Both the position numbers and the translations under genes were made by a program. From the sequence record NC_054914.1: a stretch of 64,000 nt of DNA; one strand, 5' to 3'. Numbering within the stretch: position 1 is the stretch's first letter; each line of letters begins with the position of its first letter. The notes below the pieces were generated by a model. It had not been told where the DNA came from. It did not search any database and was given only the letters and a program-made list of their open reading frames with translations. The stretch is from Escherichia phage vB_EcoM-fFiEco06. Shown here one piece after another: positions 19,909 to 37,469 of the stretch.

Positions 19909-19933
19909 GGGAGCCCATGGGCTCCCTTTTTTC
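19909..19933 (+). terminator. rho-independent terminator after gene 8
   Basis: GGGAGCCCATGGGCTCCC hairpin followed by TTTTTTC. Confidence 0.65.
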
Positions 19934-19935
19934 TT

Positions 19936-19943
19936 TATAAATA
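19936..19943 (+). promoter_or_regulatory. late promoter TATAAATA for gene 9
   Basis: Exact motif 25 nt upstream of ATG 19968. Confidence 0.55.
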
Positions 19944-19967
19944 TTATAAACTCATAAGGAAACCGCT

Positions 19968-20834
19968 ATGTTCATTCAAGAACCAAAGAAATTGATTGAT
20001 ACCGGCGAAATTGGTAACGCTTCTACTGGTGATATCTTATTCGACGGTGGTAATAAAATTAATAGTGATTTTAACGCAATTTATAATGCGTTTGGCGATC
20101 AGCGTAAAATGGCAGTAGCAAATGGCACTGGAGCAGATGGTCAAATTATCCATGCTACTGGGTATTATCAAAAACACTCTATTACAGAGTACGCAACTCC
20201 AGTGAAAGTTGGCACTAGACATGATATTGATACCTCTACTGTAGGTGTTAAAGTTATTATTGAAAGAGGCGAACTCGGCGATTGTGTTGAATTCATTAAC
20301 TCTAATGGATCAATATCAGTTACTAATCCTTTAACAATTCAAGCTATTGATTCAATTAAAGGTGTTTCAGGTAATTTAGTAGTAACTAGCCCATATAGTA
20401 AAGTAACTTTACGCTGTATTTCATCTGATAATTCTACATCGGTTTGGAATTATTCTATTGAAAGTATGTTTGGACAAAAGGAATCACCAGCTGAAGGTAC
20501 ATGGAATATTTCTACATCCGGATCAGTTGATATTCCACTATTTCATCGCACTGAATACAATATGGCTAAATTGCTAGTTACGTGCCAATCAGTAGATGGA
20601 AGAAAAATTAAAACAGCAGAAATAAATATTCTTGTGGATACTGTTAATTCAGAAGTTATTTCTTCTGAGTATGCTGTCATGAGAGTTGGAAATGAAACAG
20701 AAGAAGACGAGATTGCTAATATTGCATTTAGTATTAAAACCAACTATGTAACGGCGACTATAAGTTCTTCTACCGTTGGCATGAGAGCAGCAGTTAAAGT
20801 TATCGCTACGCAGAAAATCGGGGTGGCTCAATAA
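19968..20834 (+). CDS. 9: gp9 baseplate wedge, long tail fiber socket
   Basis: 288 aa as T4 gp9. Confidence 0.9.
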   Translation: MFIQEPKKLIDTGEIGNASTGDILFDGGNKINSDFNAIYNAFGDQRKMAVANGTGADGQIIHATGYYQKHSITEYATPVKVGTRHDIDTSTVGVKVIIERGELGDCVEFINSNGSISVTNPLTIQAIDSIKGVSGNLVVTSPYSKVTLRCISSDNSTSVWNYSIESMFGQKESPAEGTWNISTSGSVDIPLFHRTEYNMAKLLVTCQSVDGRKIKTAEINILVDTVNSEVISSEYAVMRVGNETEEDEIANIAFSIKTNYVTATISSSTVGMRAAVKVIATQKIGVAQ

Positions 20835-22639
20835 TGAAACAAAATATTAATATCGGTAATGTTGTTGATGATGGTACCGGTGACTACCTGCGTAAAGGTG
20901 GTATAAAAATAAATGAAAACTTTGATGAACTTTATTATGAACTTGGCGATGGAGATGTTCCATATTCAGCCGGTGCCTGGAAAACTTATAATGCTTCATC
21001 TGGTCAAACATTAAAAGCTAAGTGGGGAAAATCATACGCTATTAATACCTCTTCTGGAAGAGTAACTTTACAACTTCCTAAAGGAACTGTTAATGATTAT
21101 AATAAAGTAATTAGAGCTAGGGATGTATTTGCAACATGGAACATTAATCCAGTTACTTTAGTAGCTGCTTCTGGAGATACAATTAAAGGGTCGTCATCAT
21201 CGGTTGAAATTAATACTCAATTTAGTGATTTAGAGCTCGTTTATTGCGCTCCAGGACGTTGGGAGTATGTCAAAAACAAACAAATTGACAAAATTATTAG
21301 TTCAGATATTAGTAATGTAGCACGTAAAGAATTTTTAGTCGAAGTTCAAGGACAAACGGACTTTTTAGATGTTTTCCGCGGAACTAGCTATAATGTTAAT
21401 AACATCCGAGTAAAACACCGTGGTAATGAATTATATTACGGCGATGTATTTAGTGAAAACAGTGACTTTGGCTCTCCTGGGGAAAATGAAGGAGAATTGA
21501 TTCCTCTTGATGGATTTAATATTAGGTTAAGACAGCCTTGTAATATTGGTGACACTGTTCAAATTGAAACATTTATGGATGGTATATCACAATGGAGAAG
21601 TTCATATACAAGACGCCAAATAAAAGTATTAGATTCAAAATTAACGTCAAAAACTTCTTTAGAAGGAAGTATTTACGTTACTGATTTATCAACAATGAAA
21701 TCAATTCCATTCTCTGCATTTGGATTAATTCCTGGAGAACCTATTAATCCTAATTCTCTTGAAGTTCGTTTTAATGGAATTTTACAACAACAAGCTGGAA
21801 CAGCAGGATATCCTCTGTTTTTGTGTGAAGGTGCTAACTCAGATACGCAAGCAGGATGTATATCTCTTGGTGGTGAATGGAAAGAATCGAACACAGATTA
21901 TTCTATAGAATATGAAGATGGAAAACCTGTCAGTCTTTTATTTGATAGAAAATTTGAATCAGGTGATATAATCGTTATAACATGGTTTAATAATGATTTA
22001 GGAACTCTTTTAGAAAAAGATGACATTATTGAATTAACTGATGACCGTTATGTTAGTAAAGGATCATCTACCGAAGTTACTGGTGATGTAGCCTTAACAG
22101 ATTTTGATAAAATCGGTTGGCCAAATGTTGAAAAAGTTGATTCTTATACTAGAACGTATAATTCAATATCATCTATTTTCGATAGCATTTATCCTGTAGG
22201 TTCAATTTATGAAAATGCTATAAATCCAAATAATCCGGTGACTTATATGGGATTTGGTTCATGGAAATTATTTGGTAAAGGACAAGTTTTAGTAGGATGG
22301 AATGATGATGTTACGGATCCAAACTTTGCTTTAAACAATAATGATTTAGATTCTAGCGGAAATCCTTCACATACTGCCGGTGGAACAGTTGGAACAACAT
22401 CGGTGACACTTGAGAACGCAAATCTTCCTGCGACTAAAACTGATGAAAAAGTTTTAATTGAAGATGAAAACGGATCAGTTATTATTGGAGGTTGTCAATA
22501 TGACCCAGACGAAACTGGTCCTATATATACAAAATATCGTGAAGACTACGCAACAACAAACTCTTCACATACTCCTCCTACTAATATTAGTAATATTCAA
22601 CCGTCTATTACTGTATACCGTTGGATAAGGATTGCATAA
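20834..22639 (+). CDS. 10: gp10 baseplate wedge subunit and tail pin
   Basis: 601 aa (T4 gp10 602); start overlaps gene 9 stop. Confidence 0.9.
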   Translation: MKQNINIGNVVDDGTGDYLRKGGIKINENFDELYYELGDGDVPYSAGAWKTYNASSGQTLKAKWGKSYAINTSSGRVTLQLPKGTVNDYNKVIRARDVFATWNINPVTLVAASGDTIKGSSSSVEINTQFSDLELVYCAPGRWEYVKNKQIDKIISSDISNVARKEFLVEVQGQTDFLDVFRGTSYNVNNIRVKHRGNELYYGDVFSENSDFGSPGENEGELIPLDGFNIRLRQPCNIGDTVQIETFMDGISQWRSSYTRRQIKVLDSKLTSKTSLEGSIYVTDLSTMKSIPFSAFGLIPGEPINPNSLEVRFNGILQQQAGTAGYPLFLCEGANSDTQAGCISLGGEWKESNTDYSIEYEDGKPVSLLFDRKFESGDIIVITWFNNDLGTLLEKDDIIELTDDRYVSKGSSTEVTGDVALTDFDKIGWPNVEKVDSYTRTYNSISSIFDSIYPVGSIYENAINPNNPVTYMGFGSWKLFGKGQVLVGWNDDVTDPNFALNNNDLDSSGNPSHTAGGTVGTTSVTLENANLPATKTDEKVLIEDENGSVIIGGCQYDPDETGPIYTKYREDYATTNSSHTPPTNISNIQPSITVYRWIRIA

Positions 22640-23298
22640 TGAGTTTACTTAATAATAAAGCGGGAGTTATTTCCCGCTTAGCAGATTTTCTTGGTTTTAG
22701 AACTAAGAAAAATGATATTTCGGTTATGAATAATCAGCCAGTAGGCGCTGTAACAATTTCACAAATAGCAAAAGGTTTTTATGACCCGAATGTAGAATCT
22801 GCTATCAATGATGTTAGAAATATGGCAGAGCAACCGGTTGGAGCTGTATTAGTTAATATAAGCGGCGTATCTCCTACTGGCGTGCAACAAACCGACTATT
22901 GGTCATTTGAAGGAACTGTTACTGATACTTCAGTCAAATCAGGTGACCCAGTTATTGTTAACATGTTTGGTATTCCAGTTAAAGCTACTAATGGAATGAC
23001 TTCAATTGAATTTACTAGTGCCGTTAGAATAGCTCTACAGGAAATGGTTGTAAAATTTATTGCAATTGATTCATTTGAAGACCATCCTACCATAGGAAAT
23101 AAAATACAAGTTAAGTATTTAGATAACCAAGAACATATCTTAGAACAATACTCTGATAAAGGAATTACTTTCAAACAGGAAATAATTTCTCCTTCTAAAC
23201 CTGGGTATGGAACTTGGCAATTATTAGGTGCGCAAACTGTTACGCTAGATAGTCACACACAACCTACAGTATTTTATTATTTTGAGAGAGTAGCATGA
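22639..23298 (+). CDS. 11: gp11 baseplate wedge subunit, short tail fiber attachment
   Basis: Track start is TTG 22621; ATG 22639 (TAATG overlap with gene 10) gives 219 aa [20 protein letters not shown]..., matching T4 gp11. Confidence 0.9.
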   Translation: MSLLNNKAGVISRLADFLGFRTKKNDISVMNNQPVGAVTISQIAKGFYDPNVESAINDVRNMAEQPVGAVLVNISGVSPTGVQQTDYWSFEGTVTDTSVKSGDPVIVNMFGIPVKATNGMTSIEFTSAVRIALQEMVVKFIAIDSFEDHPTIGNKIQVKYLDNQEHILEQYSDKGITFKQEIISPSKPGYGTWQLLGAQTVTLDSHTQPTVFYYFERVA

Positions 23299-24845
23299 GT
23301 AACAATACATATCAGCACGTATCAAATGAATCAAAATATGTTAAATTCGATCCTACTGGATCGAATTTTCCTGGCACTGTTACGACAGTACAGTCTGCAT
23401 TATCAAAAATAAGTAATATCGGCGTAAATGGTATTCCTGATGCAACTATGGAAGTTAAAGGAATAGCAATGATTGCGTCAGAGCAAGAGGTTTTAGATGG
23501 AACTAATAATTCTAAAATCGTTACACCAGCTACATTAGCAACAAGATTATTGTATCCAAATGCTACTGAAACTAAATATGGTTTAACGCGTTATTCAACA
23601 AATGAAGAAACATTAAAAGGCTCAGATAATAATTCATCAATAACACCACAAAAACTGAAATACCACACTGACGATGTGTTCAAAAATAGATATTCGTCTG
23701 AGTCATCAAACGGGGTTATTAAAATATCATCTACACCTGCAGCTTTGGCTGGAGTTGATGATACTACTGCGATGACTCCGCTAAAAACCCAAAAACTTGC
23801 AATAAAATTAATTTCGCAAATAGCTCCTTCAGAAGACACTGCAACAGAATCGGTGAGAGGAGTAGTTCAATTATCTACTGTTGCACAAATTCGTCAAGGA
23901 ACTCTCCGCGAAGGATATGCAATTTCCCCGTATACCTTTATGAATTCTGTTGCAACACATGAATATAAGGGTGTTATACGCCTAGGAACGCAGACTGAAA
24001 TTAATAATAATTTGGGTGGTGTTGCAGTAACAGGTGAAACACTAAATGGTCGAGGAGCTACCGGTTCTATGCGTGGAGTAGTTAAATTAACGACGCAAGC
24101 CGGTATTGCCCCTGAAGGTGATAGCTCTGGAGCATTAGCATGGAACGCAGATGTAATTAATACTCGTGGTGGACAAACTATTAATGGTTCTTTAAATTTA
24201 GACCATCTTACAGCAAATGGAATTTGGTCACGCGGTGGAATGTGGAAAAATGGCGATCAACCTGTTGCCACTGAAAGATATGCGTCCGAACGAGTTCCGG
24301 TTGGAACTATTATGATGTTTGCGGGTGATTCAGCACCTCCAGGTTGGATTATGTGTCATGGTGGAACCGTGTCAGGTGACCAATTTCCTGATTATAGAAA
24401 CGTAGTTGGAACAAGATTTGGTGGCGATTGGAATAATCCTGGCGTTCCTGATATGCGGGGTCTTTTCGTCAGAGGAGCCGGCACAGGCGGTCATATTTTA
24501 AATCAACGTGGACAAGATGGCTATGGAAAGGATAGACTGGGCGTAGGATGTGACGGAATGCATGTTGGTGGTGTTCAGGCACAACAAATGTCATACCATA
24601 AACATGCTGGTGGTTGGGGTGAATATAACAGAAGTGAAGGCCCATTTGGCGCGTCAGTTTATCAAGGATATCTTGGAACTAGAAAATATTCCGACTGGGA
24701 TAATGCTTCATACTTCACTAATGATGGATTTGAATTAGGTGGACCGAGAGATGCTCATGGTACACTTAATCGTGAAGGATTAATTGGTTATGAAACTAGA
24801 CCATGGAATATATCATTAAACTATATTATTAAAGTTCATTACTAA
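23295..24845 (+). CDS. 12: gp12 short tail fiber
   Basis: 516 aa; [28 protein letters not shown]...; C-terminal receptor-binding region. Confidence 0.9.
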   Translation: MSNNTYQHVSNESKYVKFDPTGSNFPGTVTTVQSALSKISNIGVNGIPDATMEVKGIAMIASEQEVLDGTNNSKIVTPATLATRLLYPNATETKYGLTRYSTNEETLKGSDNNSSITPQKLKYHTDDVFKNRYSSESSNGVIKISSTPAALAGVDDTTAMTPLKTQKLAIKLISQIAPSEDTATESVRGVVQLSTVAQIRQGTLREGYAISPYTFMNSVATHEYKGVIRLGTQTEINNNLGGVAVTGETLNGRGATGSMRGVVKLTTQAGIAPEGDSSGALAWNADVINTRGGQTINGSLNLDHLTANGIWSRGGMWKNGDQPVATERYASERVPVGTIMMFAGDSAPPGWIMCHGGTVSGDQFPDYRNVVGTRFGGDWNNPGVPDMRGLFVRGAGTGGHILNQRGQDGYGKDRLGVGCDGMHVGGVQAQQMSYHKHAGGWGEYNRSEGPFGASVYQGYLGTRKYSDWDNASYFTNDGFELGGPRDAHGTLNREGLIGYETRPWNISLNYIIKVHY

Positions 24846-24854
24846 GGATTACAA

Positions 24855-26312
24855 ATGATTGAATTAAAAGAGTTACCTTTTGTTGATAGCGTTCCTGACG
24901 AAGGTCAGGAACGTATTTCATGGATTAAAAATGGTGAAGAAATATTAGGAGCTAGTACTAAGTATGGAAATGATGGATCAATGAATAGACCAATTGTTTC
25001 CGTGTTTAAAAACGTCGAAGTTCTTGATGAAAATGTGGGAATTCTTAAAACTGCCATTGAAACATCACAGAAAGATATTAAAACAATTCAAGGAGTTTTA
25101 GATGTATCAGGAGATATAGAAGCACTATCGCAGATCAGTGTTAATAAAAATGACATATCGAATTTAAAGACACTTACCAGTGAACACACTGATATATTAA
25201 CTGGAACTAATAATACAGTTGACAAAATTATTGCTGATATAGGTCCATTTAATGATGAAGAAAACTCTGTTTATAGAACAATTAGAAATGATTTATTGTG
25301 GATTAAACAGGAATTAGGACAATATTCTGGCCAAGACATTAACGGTCTTCCTGTTGTTGGTAATGCTAGCACAGGAATGAAACACAGAATAATAACAAAT
25401 AGTACATTATTATCTTCACAGGGCATTCGTTTAAGCGAATTAGAAAATAAATTTACTGAATCTGACGTAGGATCATTAACTGTTGAAGTTGGTAAATTAC
25501 GTGATGAACTTGGTAATAAACCAGTAGATTTTGGGCCAAATATTTATAATAGATTAAACACCATAGATGATAAACAAACTTTAATAATTTCTGATATAGC
25601 AGAAATTAAATCTTCTATTGGATACCCAGAAAATGTTTCTATAATAACAGAAATTAATAATAACAAAAGTAGCATTGAAGCTATTAATAATGAATTAAAT
25701 CAGAGTGAAGGTGTTAAACAGCGCTTAACGGCTATTGAAACTTCTATAGGTTCAGATGATATTCCTTCTAGTATTAAAGGAAAAATTAAAAATCACACAA
25801 CTTCTATTGAGTCTTTAAACGGAATTGTTGGTGAAAACACTTCGTCTGGTTTAAGAGCGAATGTTTCGTGGTTAAATCAAATTGTTGGAACTGACTCCAG
25901 CGGAGGACAACCGTCTCCTTCTGGATCTCTATTAAATAAAGTTTCAGTGCTTGAAGGAGAAGTTTCAGTTTTAAACAATAATGTTCAAAATATACAAGTT
26001 GAAATAGGAAATAATAGAACAGGAATTAAAGGTCAAGTTATTGAACTTACTTCACTTATAAATGGAAATAATCCTGACGGATCAACTGTTGAAGAACGAG
26101 GATTAACTAATTCTATAAAAACGAATGAAACCAACATTGCGGCAGTCACACATGAAGTAAATACAGCTAAAGACAATATATCCTCTTTACAGAGCAGCGT
26201 TCAAGCTCTACAAGAAGCAGGTTATATTCCTGAAGCTCCAAAAGATGGCCAAGCTTACGTTCGTAAAGACGGCGAATGGGTACTACTTTCTACCTTTTTA
26301 TCACCAGCATAA
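24855..26312 (+). CDS. wac: fibritin (whisker antigen control, wac)
   Basis: 485 aa coiled coil; C-terminal foldon [27 protein letters not shown]. Confidence 0.93.
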   Translation: MIELKELPFVDSVPDEGQERISWIKNGEEILGASTKYGNDGSMNRPIVSVFKNVEVLDENVGILKTAIETSQKDIKTIQGVLDVSGDIEALSQISVNKNDISNLKTLTSEHTDILTGTNNTVDKIIADIGPFNDEENSVYRTIRNDLLWIKQELGQYSGQDINGLPVVGNASTGMKHRIITNSTLLSSQGIRLSELENKFTESDVGSLTVEVGKLRDELGNKPVDFGPNIYNRLNTIDDKQTLIISDIAEIKSSIGYPENVSIITEINNNKSSIEAINNELNQSEGVKQRLTAIETSIGSDDIPSSIKGKIKNHTTSIESLNGIVGENTSSGLRANVSWLNQIVGTDSSGGQPSPSGSLLNKVSVLEGEVSVLNNNVQNIQVEIGNNRTGIKGQVIELTSLINGNNPDGSTVEERGLTNSIKTNETNIAAVTHEVNTAKDNISSLQSSVQALQEAGYIPEAPKDGQAYVRKDGEWVLLSTFLSPA

Positions 26313-26315
26313 CAT

Positions 26316-26340
26316 GGGGCCGCAAGGCCCCAAAGGATTT
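26316..26340 (+). terminator. stem-loop GGGGCC-GCAA-GGCCCC after wac, weak U-tract
   Basis: Perfect 6-bp GC stem directly after wac stop. Confidence 0.45.
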
Positions 26341-26343
26341 TAA

Positions 26344-28045
<1,702 letters not shown>

Positions 28046-28086
28046 TAAATATTATAAACTAATTAAAGCCCAGATTAGGAGAAATC

Positions 28087-31227
<3,141 letters not shown>

Positions 31228-31255
31228 TATTAAAGCATATTAAAGAGGATTAAAA

Positions 31256-33235
31256 ATGACTTTATTATCTCCGGGCATTGAGCTCAAAGAAACTACGGTT
31301 CAAAGCACCGTGGTTAATAACTCTACTGGTACAGCAGCTTTGGCCGGTAAATTCCAGTGGGGTCCTGCTTTTCAGATTAAACAGGTTACAAACGAAGTAG
31401 ATTTAGTTAATACTTTTGGTCAACCTACAGCTGAAACTGCTGACTATTTTATGTCTGCGATGAATTTCTTGCAGTACGGAAATGACTTACGAGTAGTTCG
31501 TGCTGTTGATAGAGATACCGCTAAAAACTCATCGCCAATTGCTGGTAATATTGAATACACAATTTCTACCCCAGGTAGTAACTATGCGGTTGGAGATAAA
31601 ATCACGGTCAAATATGTTTCAGATGATATTGAAACTGAAGGTAAAATTACTGAAGTAGACGCAGATGGAAAAATTAAGAAAATTAATATTCCTACTGCAA
31701 AAATTATCGCTAAAGCGAAAGAAGTCGGTGAATATCCGGAATTAGGTTCTAACTGGACTGCGGAAATTTCTTCGTCTTCCTCTGGTTTAGCTGCAGTAAT
31801 AACTCTTGGAAAAATTATTACTGATTCTGGTATTTTATTAGCTGAAATTGAAAATGCTGAAGCTGCTATGACAGCAGTTGATTTTCAGGCAAATCTTGAA
31901 AAATATGGAATTCCAGGAGTAGTAGCTCTCTATCCAGGCGAATTAGGCGATAAAATTGAAATTGAAATCGTATCTAAAGCTGACTATGCGAAAGGCGCTT
32001 CTGCATTACTGCCAATTTATCCAGGTGGTGGTACTCGTGCATCTACTGCCAAGGCAGTATTTGGATATGGGCCGCAGACTGACTCACAGTACGCTATTAT
32101 AGTTCGTCGAAATGATGCTATTGTTCAAAGCGTTGTTCTTTCAACTAAGTGTGGTGAAAAAGATATTTACGATAGTAACATCTATATCGATGACTTTTTC
32201 GCAAAAGGTGGTTCAGAATATATTTTTGCAACTGCACAAAACTGGCCAGAAGGATTCTCTGGAATTTTAACTCTTTCTGGTGGATTATCATCAAATGCTG
32301 AAGTTACAGCAGGAGATTTGATGGAAGCTTGGGACTTCTTTGCTGACCGTGAATCTGTTGACGTTCAACTGTTTATTGCGGGTTCTTGTGCCGGTGAATC
32401 TTTAGAAACAGCATCTACTGTCCAAAAACACGTCGTTTCAATTGGAGATGCTCGCCAAGATTGCTTAGTATTGTGCTCACCACCGCGTGAAACTGTTGTT
32501 GGAATTCCTGTAACTCGTGCAGTAGATAATTTAGTTAACTGGAGAACTGCGGCAGGTTCATATACTGATAATAACTTTAATATTAGTTCAACCTACGCAG
32601 CAATTGATGGTAACTACAAATATCAGTATGACAAATATAATGATGTAAATCGTTGGGTTCCATTAGCAGCTGACATTGCTGGTTTATGCGCGAGAACTGA
32701 TAACGTTTCTCAGACTTGGATGTCTCCAGCTGGTTATAATCGTGGTCAGATTCTTAACGTTATTAAACTTGCTATTGAAACTCGCCAAGCTCAGCGCGAC
32801 CGTTTATATCAAGAAGCTATCAACCCAGTAACTGGTACAGGTGGTGATGGTTACGTATTGTATGGTGATAAAACAGCTACTTCTGTTCCTTCTCCATTTG
32901 ATCGTATTAACGTTCGTCGTCTGTTTAATATGTTGAAAACGAATATCGGACGTAGTTCAAAATATCGTTTGTTCGAATTAAACAACGCGTTTACTCGTTC
33001 ATCATTCCGCACAGAAACTGCCCAATACTTACAGGGAATTAAAGCTCTCGGTGGAATTTATGAATATCGTGTAGTTTGCGATACAACAAATAACACTCCG
33101 TCAGTAATTGATAGAAATGAGTTTGTTGCAACATTCTACATTCAACCGGCTCGTAGTATAAATTATATCCAACTTAATTTCGTCGCAACTGCTACTGGTG
33201 CAGATTTTGATGAGTTAACTGGTCTTGCAGGTTAA
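31256..33235 (+). CDS. 18: gp18 tail sheath protein
   Basis: 659 aa as T4 gp18. Confidence 0.95.
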   Translation: MTLLSPGIELKETTVQSTVVNNSTGTAALAGKFQWGPAFQIKQVTNEVDLVNTFGQPTAETADYFMSAMNFLQYGNDLRVVRAVDRDTAKNSSPIAGNIEYTISTPGSNYAVGDKITVKYVSDDIETEGKITEVDADGKIKKINIPTAKIIAKAKEVGEYPELGSNWTAEISSSSSGLAAVITLGKIITDSGILLAEIENAEAAMTAVDFQANLEKYGIPGVVALYPGELGDKIEIEIVSKADYAKGASALLPIYPGGGTRASTAKAVFGYGPQTDSQYAIIVRRNDAIVQSVVLSTKCGEKDIYDSNIYIDDFFAKGGSEYIFATAQNWPEGFSGILTLSGGLSSNAEVTAGDLMEAWDFFADRESVDVQLFIAGSCAGESLETASTVQKHVVSIGDARQDCLVLCSPPRETVVGIPVTRAVDNLVNWRTAAGSYTDNNFNISSTYAAIDGNYKYQYDKYNDVNRWVPLAADIAGLCARTDNVSQTWMSPAGYNRGQILNVIKLAIETRQAQRDRLYQEAINPVTGTGGDGYVLYGDKTATSVPSPFDRINVRRLFNMLKTNIGRSSKYRLFELNNAFTRSSFRTETAQYLQGIKALGGIYEYRVVCDTTNNTPSVIDRNEFVATFYIQPARSINYIQLNFVATATGADFDELTGLAG

Positions 33236-33243
33236 TTGATTAT

Positions 33244-33264
33244 GGGGCTTCGGCCCCTATTCTC
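33244..33264 (+). terminator. stem-loop GGGGC-UUCG-GCCCC plus U-rich tail after gene 18
   Basis: Perfect hairpin 33244-33257 followed by TATTCTC. Confidence 0.55.
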
Positions 33265-33274
33265 GAGGAAACAA

Positions 33275-33880
33275 GTGATTATTTCTAAGTTTGTTACAAT
33301 AAAACCAAGAAATCATTCAAAAATGTGGTCGACAATTCTGGGATATAAAGTATCATATCATGATACAGTATCTGTTCCAATAGAATTAATGCCAAAGAAT
33401 AGTAATAAAATAGTTGACGCTAAATGTGATTTGTGTGGTATTAAATTTAGTAGAAGCATTCAGCTTTTAAATAGAACACCCACGCATGCATGTAGAAAAT
33501 GTAGCATTAAACAAGTTGCTATTAAAAATTCGGAAGTTCAATCTGGAATAAGTAGACCATGGCAAAGAGGTGATAAACATCCTCGATGGACTGGTAAAAG
33601 AAAAGAGTTTGCATTATATGCTAGTAGAGTTCATTCTATAACTAAGTCAGCTAAAATAAGAAAAATCTGGTCAAAATGGCCAAATGCTGATAAAATAGGA
33701 GTGTGTGGTGTAGAAGGTGCTTACCAGCTTGATCATAAGGTATCTATCAAATATGGATTTGATAATTTAATTCCGCCGGAAATTATAGCAAGCGTAAAAA
33801 ATTTAGAAATAATCACTTGGGAATCTAACCGAGAAAAGTCAAAAAGAAATAGCGTAGATCTTTGGGATTTACTAGAATGA
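33275..33880 (+). CDS. putative HNH-family (His-Me finger) endonuclease with CxxC...CxxC zinc-ribbon; candidate free-standing homing endonuclease
   Basis: GTG 33275 with GAGGAA SD 4 nt upstream (track TTG start 33236 lies inside the terminator hairpin); CDLCG...CRKCS; QLDHKVS...NLIPPE...NLEIITWESNREKSKR resembles the (D/H)H..N..N HNH core. Confidence 0.6.
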   Translation: MIISKFVTIKPRNHSKMWSTILGYKVSYHDTVSVPIELMPKNSNKIVDAKCDLCGIKFSRSIQLLNRTPTHACRKCSIKQVAIKNSEVQSGISRPWQRGDKHPRWTGKRKEFALYASRVHSITKSAKIRKIWSKWPNADKIGVCGVEGAYQLDHKVSIKYGFDNLIPPEIIASVKNLEIITWESNREKSKRNSVDLWDLLE

Positions 33881-33906
33881 TTCTAAAGGCCTGTTTCGGC
33901 AGGCCA

Positions 33907-33914
33907 TATAAATA
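33907..33914 (+). promoter_or_regulatory. late promoter TATAAATA (distal) for gene 19
   Basis: Exact motif directly after hairpin. Confidence 0.4.
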
Positions 33915-33965
33915 CACTATATCCTTAATTCTTTAATTCTATATGCCCTAGGTTAAACATAGGGA

Positions 33966-33973
33966 TATAAATA
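33966..33973 (+). promoter_or_regulatory. late promoter TATAAATA (proximal) for gene 19
   Basis: Exact motif 15 nt upstream of ATG 33988. Confidence 0.45.
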
Positions 33974-33987
33974 CTACAGAGGCTAAT

Positions 33988-34479
33988 ATGTTTGTAGATG
34001 ATGTAACACGAGCGTTTGAATCTGGTGATTTTGCTCGACCTAACTTATTCCAAGTAGAAATTTCTTATCTTGGACAAAATTTTACATTCCAATGTAAAGC
34101 CACTGCTTTACCAGCTGGTATTGTAGAAAAAATTCCAGTCGGATTTATGAACCGTAAAATTAACGTAGCAGGCGATCGTACATTCGATGACTGGACTGTT
34201 ACAGTAATGAACGATGAAGCTCATGATGCTCGCCAGAAGTTTGTTGATTGGCAAAGCATTGCTGCTGGTCAAGGAAACGAAATTACTGGTGGAAAACCTG
34301 CAGAGTATAAAAAGAGCGCTATTGTTCGTCAATATGCTCGTGATGCTAAAACAGTAACAAAAGAAATTGAAATTAAAGGTCTGTGGCCTACTAACGTGGG
34401 TGAACTTCAATTAGATTGGGATTCAAACAATGAAATCCAAACCTTTGAAGTAACTCTTGCTCTCGATTATTGGGAATAA
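33988..34479 (+). CDS. 19: gp19 tail tube protein
   Basis: 163 aa as T4 gp19. Confidence 0.9.
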   Translation: MFVDDVTRAFESGDFARPNLFQVEISYLGQNFTFQCKATALPAGIVEKIPVGFMNRKINVAGDRTFDDWTVTVMNDEAHDARQKFVDWQSIAAGQGNEITGGKPAEYKKSAIVRQYARDAKTVTKEIEIKGLWPTNVGELQLDWDSNNEIQTFEVTLALDYWE

Positions 34480-34511
34480 AATGAATGGGGAGAAATCCCC
34501 ATCCTGCTTAA

Positions 34512-36136
<1,625 letters not shown>

Positions 36137-36137
<1 letters not shown>

Positions 36138-36376
36138 TGGAAGGTTTAATTGAAGCTATTAAATCAAACGACCTCGTAGCCGCTCGTAAATTATTTGCTG
36201 AAGCCATGGCTGCAAGAACGACTGATTTAATTAAAGAAGAAAAAATCGCTATCGCTCGTAATTTCTTAATCGAAGGTGAAGAACCTGATGACGAGGATGA
36301 TGACGAAGACGAAGATAGTGATGATAAAGACGACAAAAAAGACAAAGACTCTGACGAAGACGAGGATGATGAATAA
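36137..36376 (+). CDS. 67: gp67 prohead core protein
   Basis: 79 aa with acidic C-terminal tail [28 protein letters not shown]. Confidence 0.85.
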
Positions 36377-36801
36377 TGCTTCTGATCCCTGAAACTCATG
36401 AATTAGTTCTCGAGAATGTCGAAGCACTTATTCCTGAAGCACAGGGTCGCTTTGACGAATTGTCTTCTGCTTTAAATAAAGACGATATAAATACAATTGT
36501 CGAGAATATGCTTGATGATGAAACTGATTTAGCGGTTGCATTAGCTTCTATTAATGAAAATATGCCGTTAAATGAATTTATCGTTAAACATGTTTCTGCC
36601 CGTGGTGAAATTACTCGCACTAAAGATCGCAAAACCCGCGAACGTAATGCATTTCAAACTACCGGGTTGTCTAAAGCAAAACGTAGACAAATTGCTCGTA
36701 AAGCTACCAAAACGAAGATTGCCAATCCAGCAGGTCAATCTCGTGCTCAGCGTAAGCGTAAAAAAGCTCTTAAACGCCGTAAAGCATTAGGATTAAGCTA
36801 A
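36376..36801 (+). CDS. 68: gp68 prohead core protein
   Basis: 141 aa as T4 gp68; ATGA overlaps on both sides. Confidence 0.85.
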
Positions 36802-37439
36802 TGAATGAACCCCAATTACTAATTGAAACTTGGGGTCAACCTGGCGAAATTATTGATGGCGTACCAATGCTTGAATCTCATGATGGAAAAGACTTAGGTT
36901 TAAAACCGGGTTTATACATCGAAGGAATATTCATGCAAGCGGAAGTTGTCAATAGAAATAAACGTCTTTATCCAAAACGTATATTAGAAAAAGCGGTAAA
37001 AGACTATATTAATGAGCAAGTTTTAACTAAACAAGCTCTCGGAGAATTAAATCATCCTCCACGCGCTAATGTTGACCCGATGCAAGCCGCTATCATTATA
37101 GAAGATATGTGGTGGAAAGGAAATGACGTATACGGACGAGCTCGTGTTATTGAAGGTGACCACGGTCCTGGAGATAAATTAGCAGCTAATATTCGTGCCG
37201 GATGGATTCCAGGAGTTTCTTCTCGTGGATTAGGTTCATTGACTGACACAAATAAAGGTTATCGTATCGTAAACGAAGGATTCAAATTAACTGTAGGTGT
37301 TGATGCAGTATGGGGTCCAAGTGCTCCAGATGCATGGGTAACTCCTAAGGAAATTACCGAATCACAGACGGCTGAAGCCGATACAAGTGCCGATGACGCC
37401 TATATGGCTCTCGCAGAGGCCATGAAAAAAGCGTTATAA
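36801..37439 (+). CDS. 21: gp21 prohead core scaffold protein and protease
   Basis: 212 aa as T4 gp21; synteny 20-67-68-21-22-23. Confidence 0.9.
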   Translation: MNEPQLLIETWGQPGEIIDGVPMLESHDGKDLGLKPGLYIEGIFMQAEVVNRNKRLYPKRILEKAVKDYINEQVLTKQALGELNHPPRANVDPMQAAIIIEDMWWKGNDVYGRARVIEGDHGPGDKLAANIRAGWIPGVSSRGLGSLTDTNKGYRIVNEGFKLTVGVDAVWGPSAPDAWVTPKEITESQTAEADTSADDAYMALAEAMKKAL

Positions 37440-37469
37440 ATATTATTATCTAAACAACAGGACTACAAA

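Larger units (their letters stand above)
33236..33905 (+). mobile_element. inserted endonuclease cassette between genes 18 and 19
   Basis: ORF bounded by two GC hairpins (33244-33257 and 33888-33905); genes 18 and 19 otherwise form a conserved adjacent pair. Confidence 0.4.

Noticed and set aside
33236-33274. TTG start at 33236 for the endonuclease-like ORF
   Set aside because: The first 22 nt would lie inside the gene 18 terminator hairpin; the in-frame GTG at 33275 has a GAGGAA SD at optimal spacing
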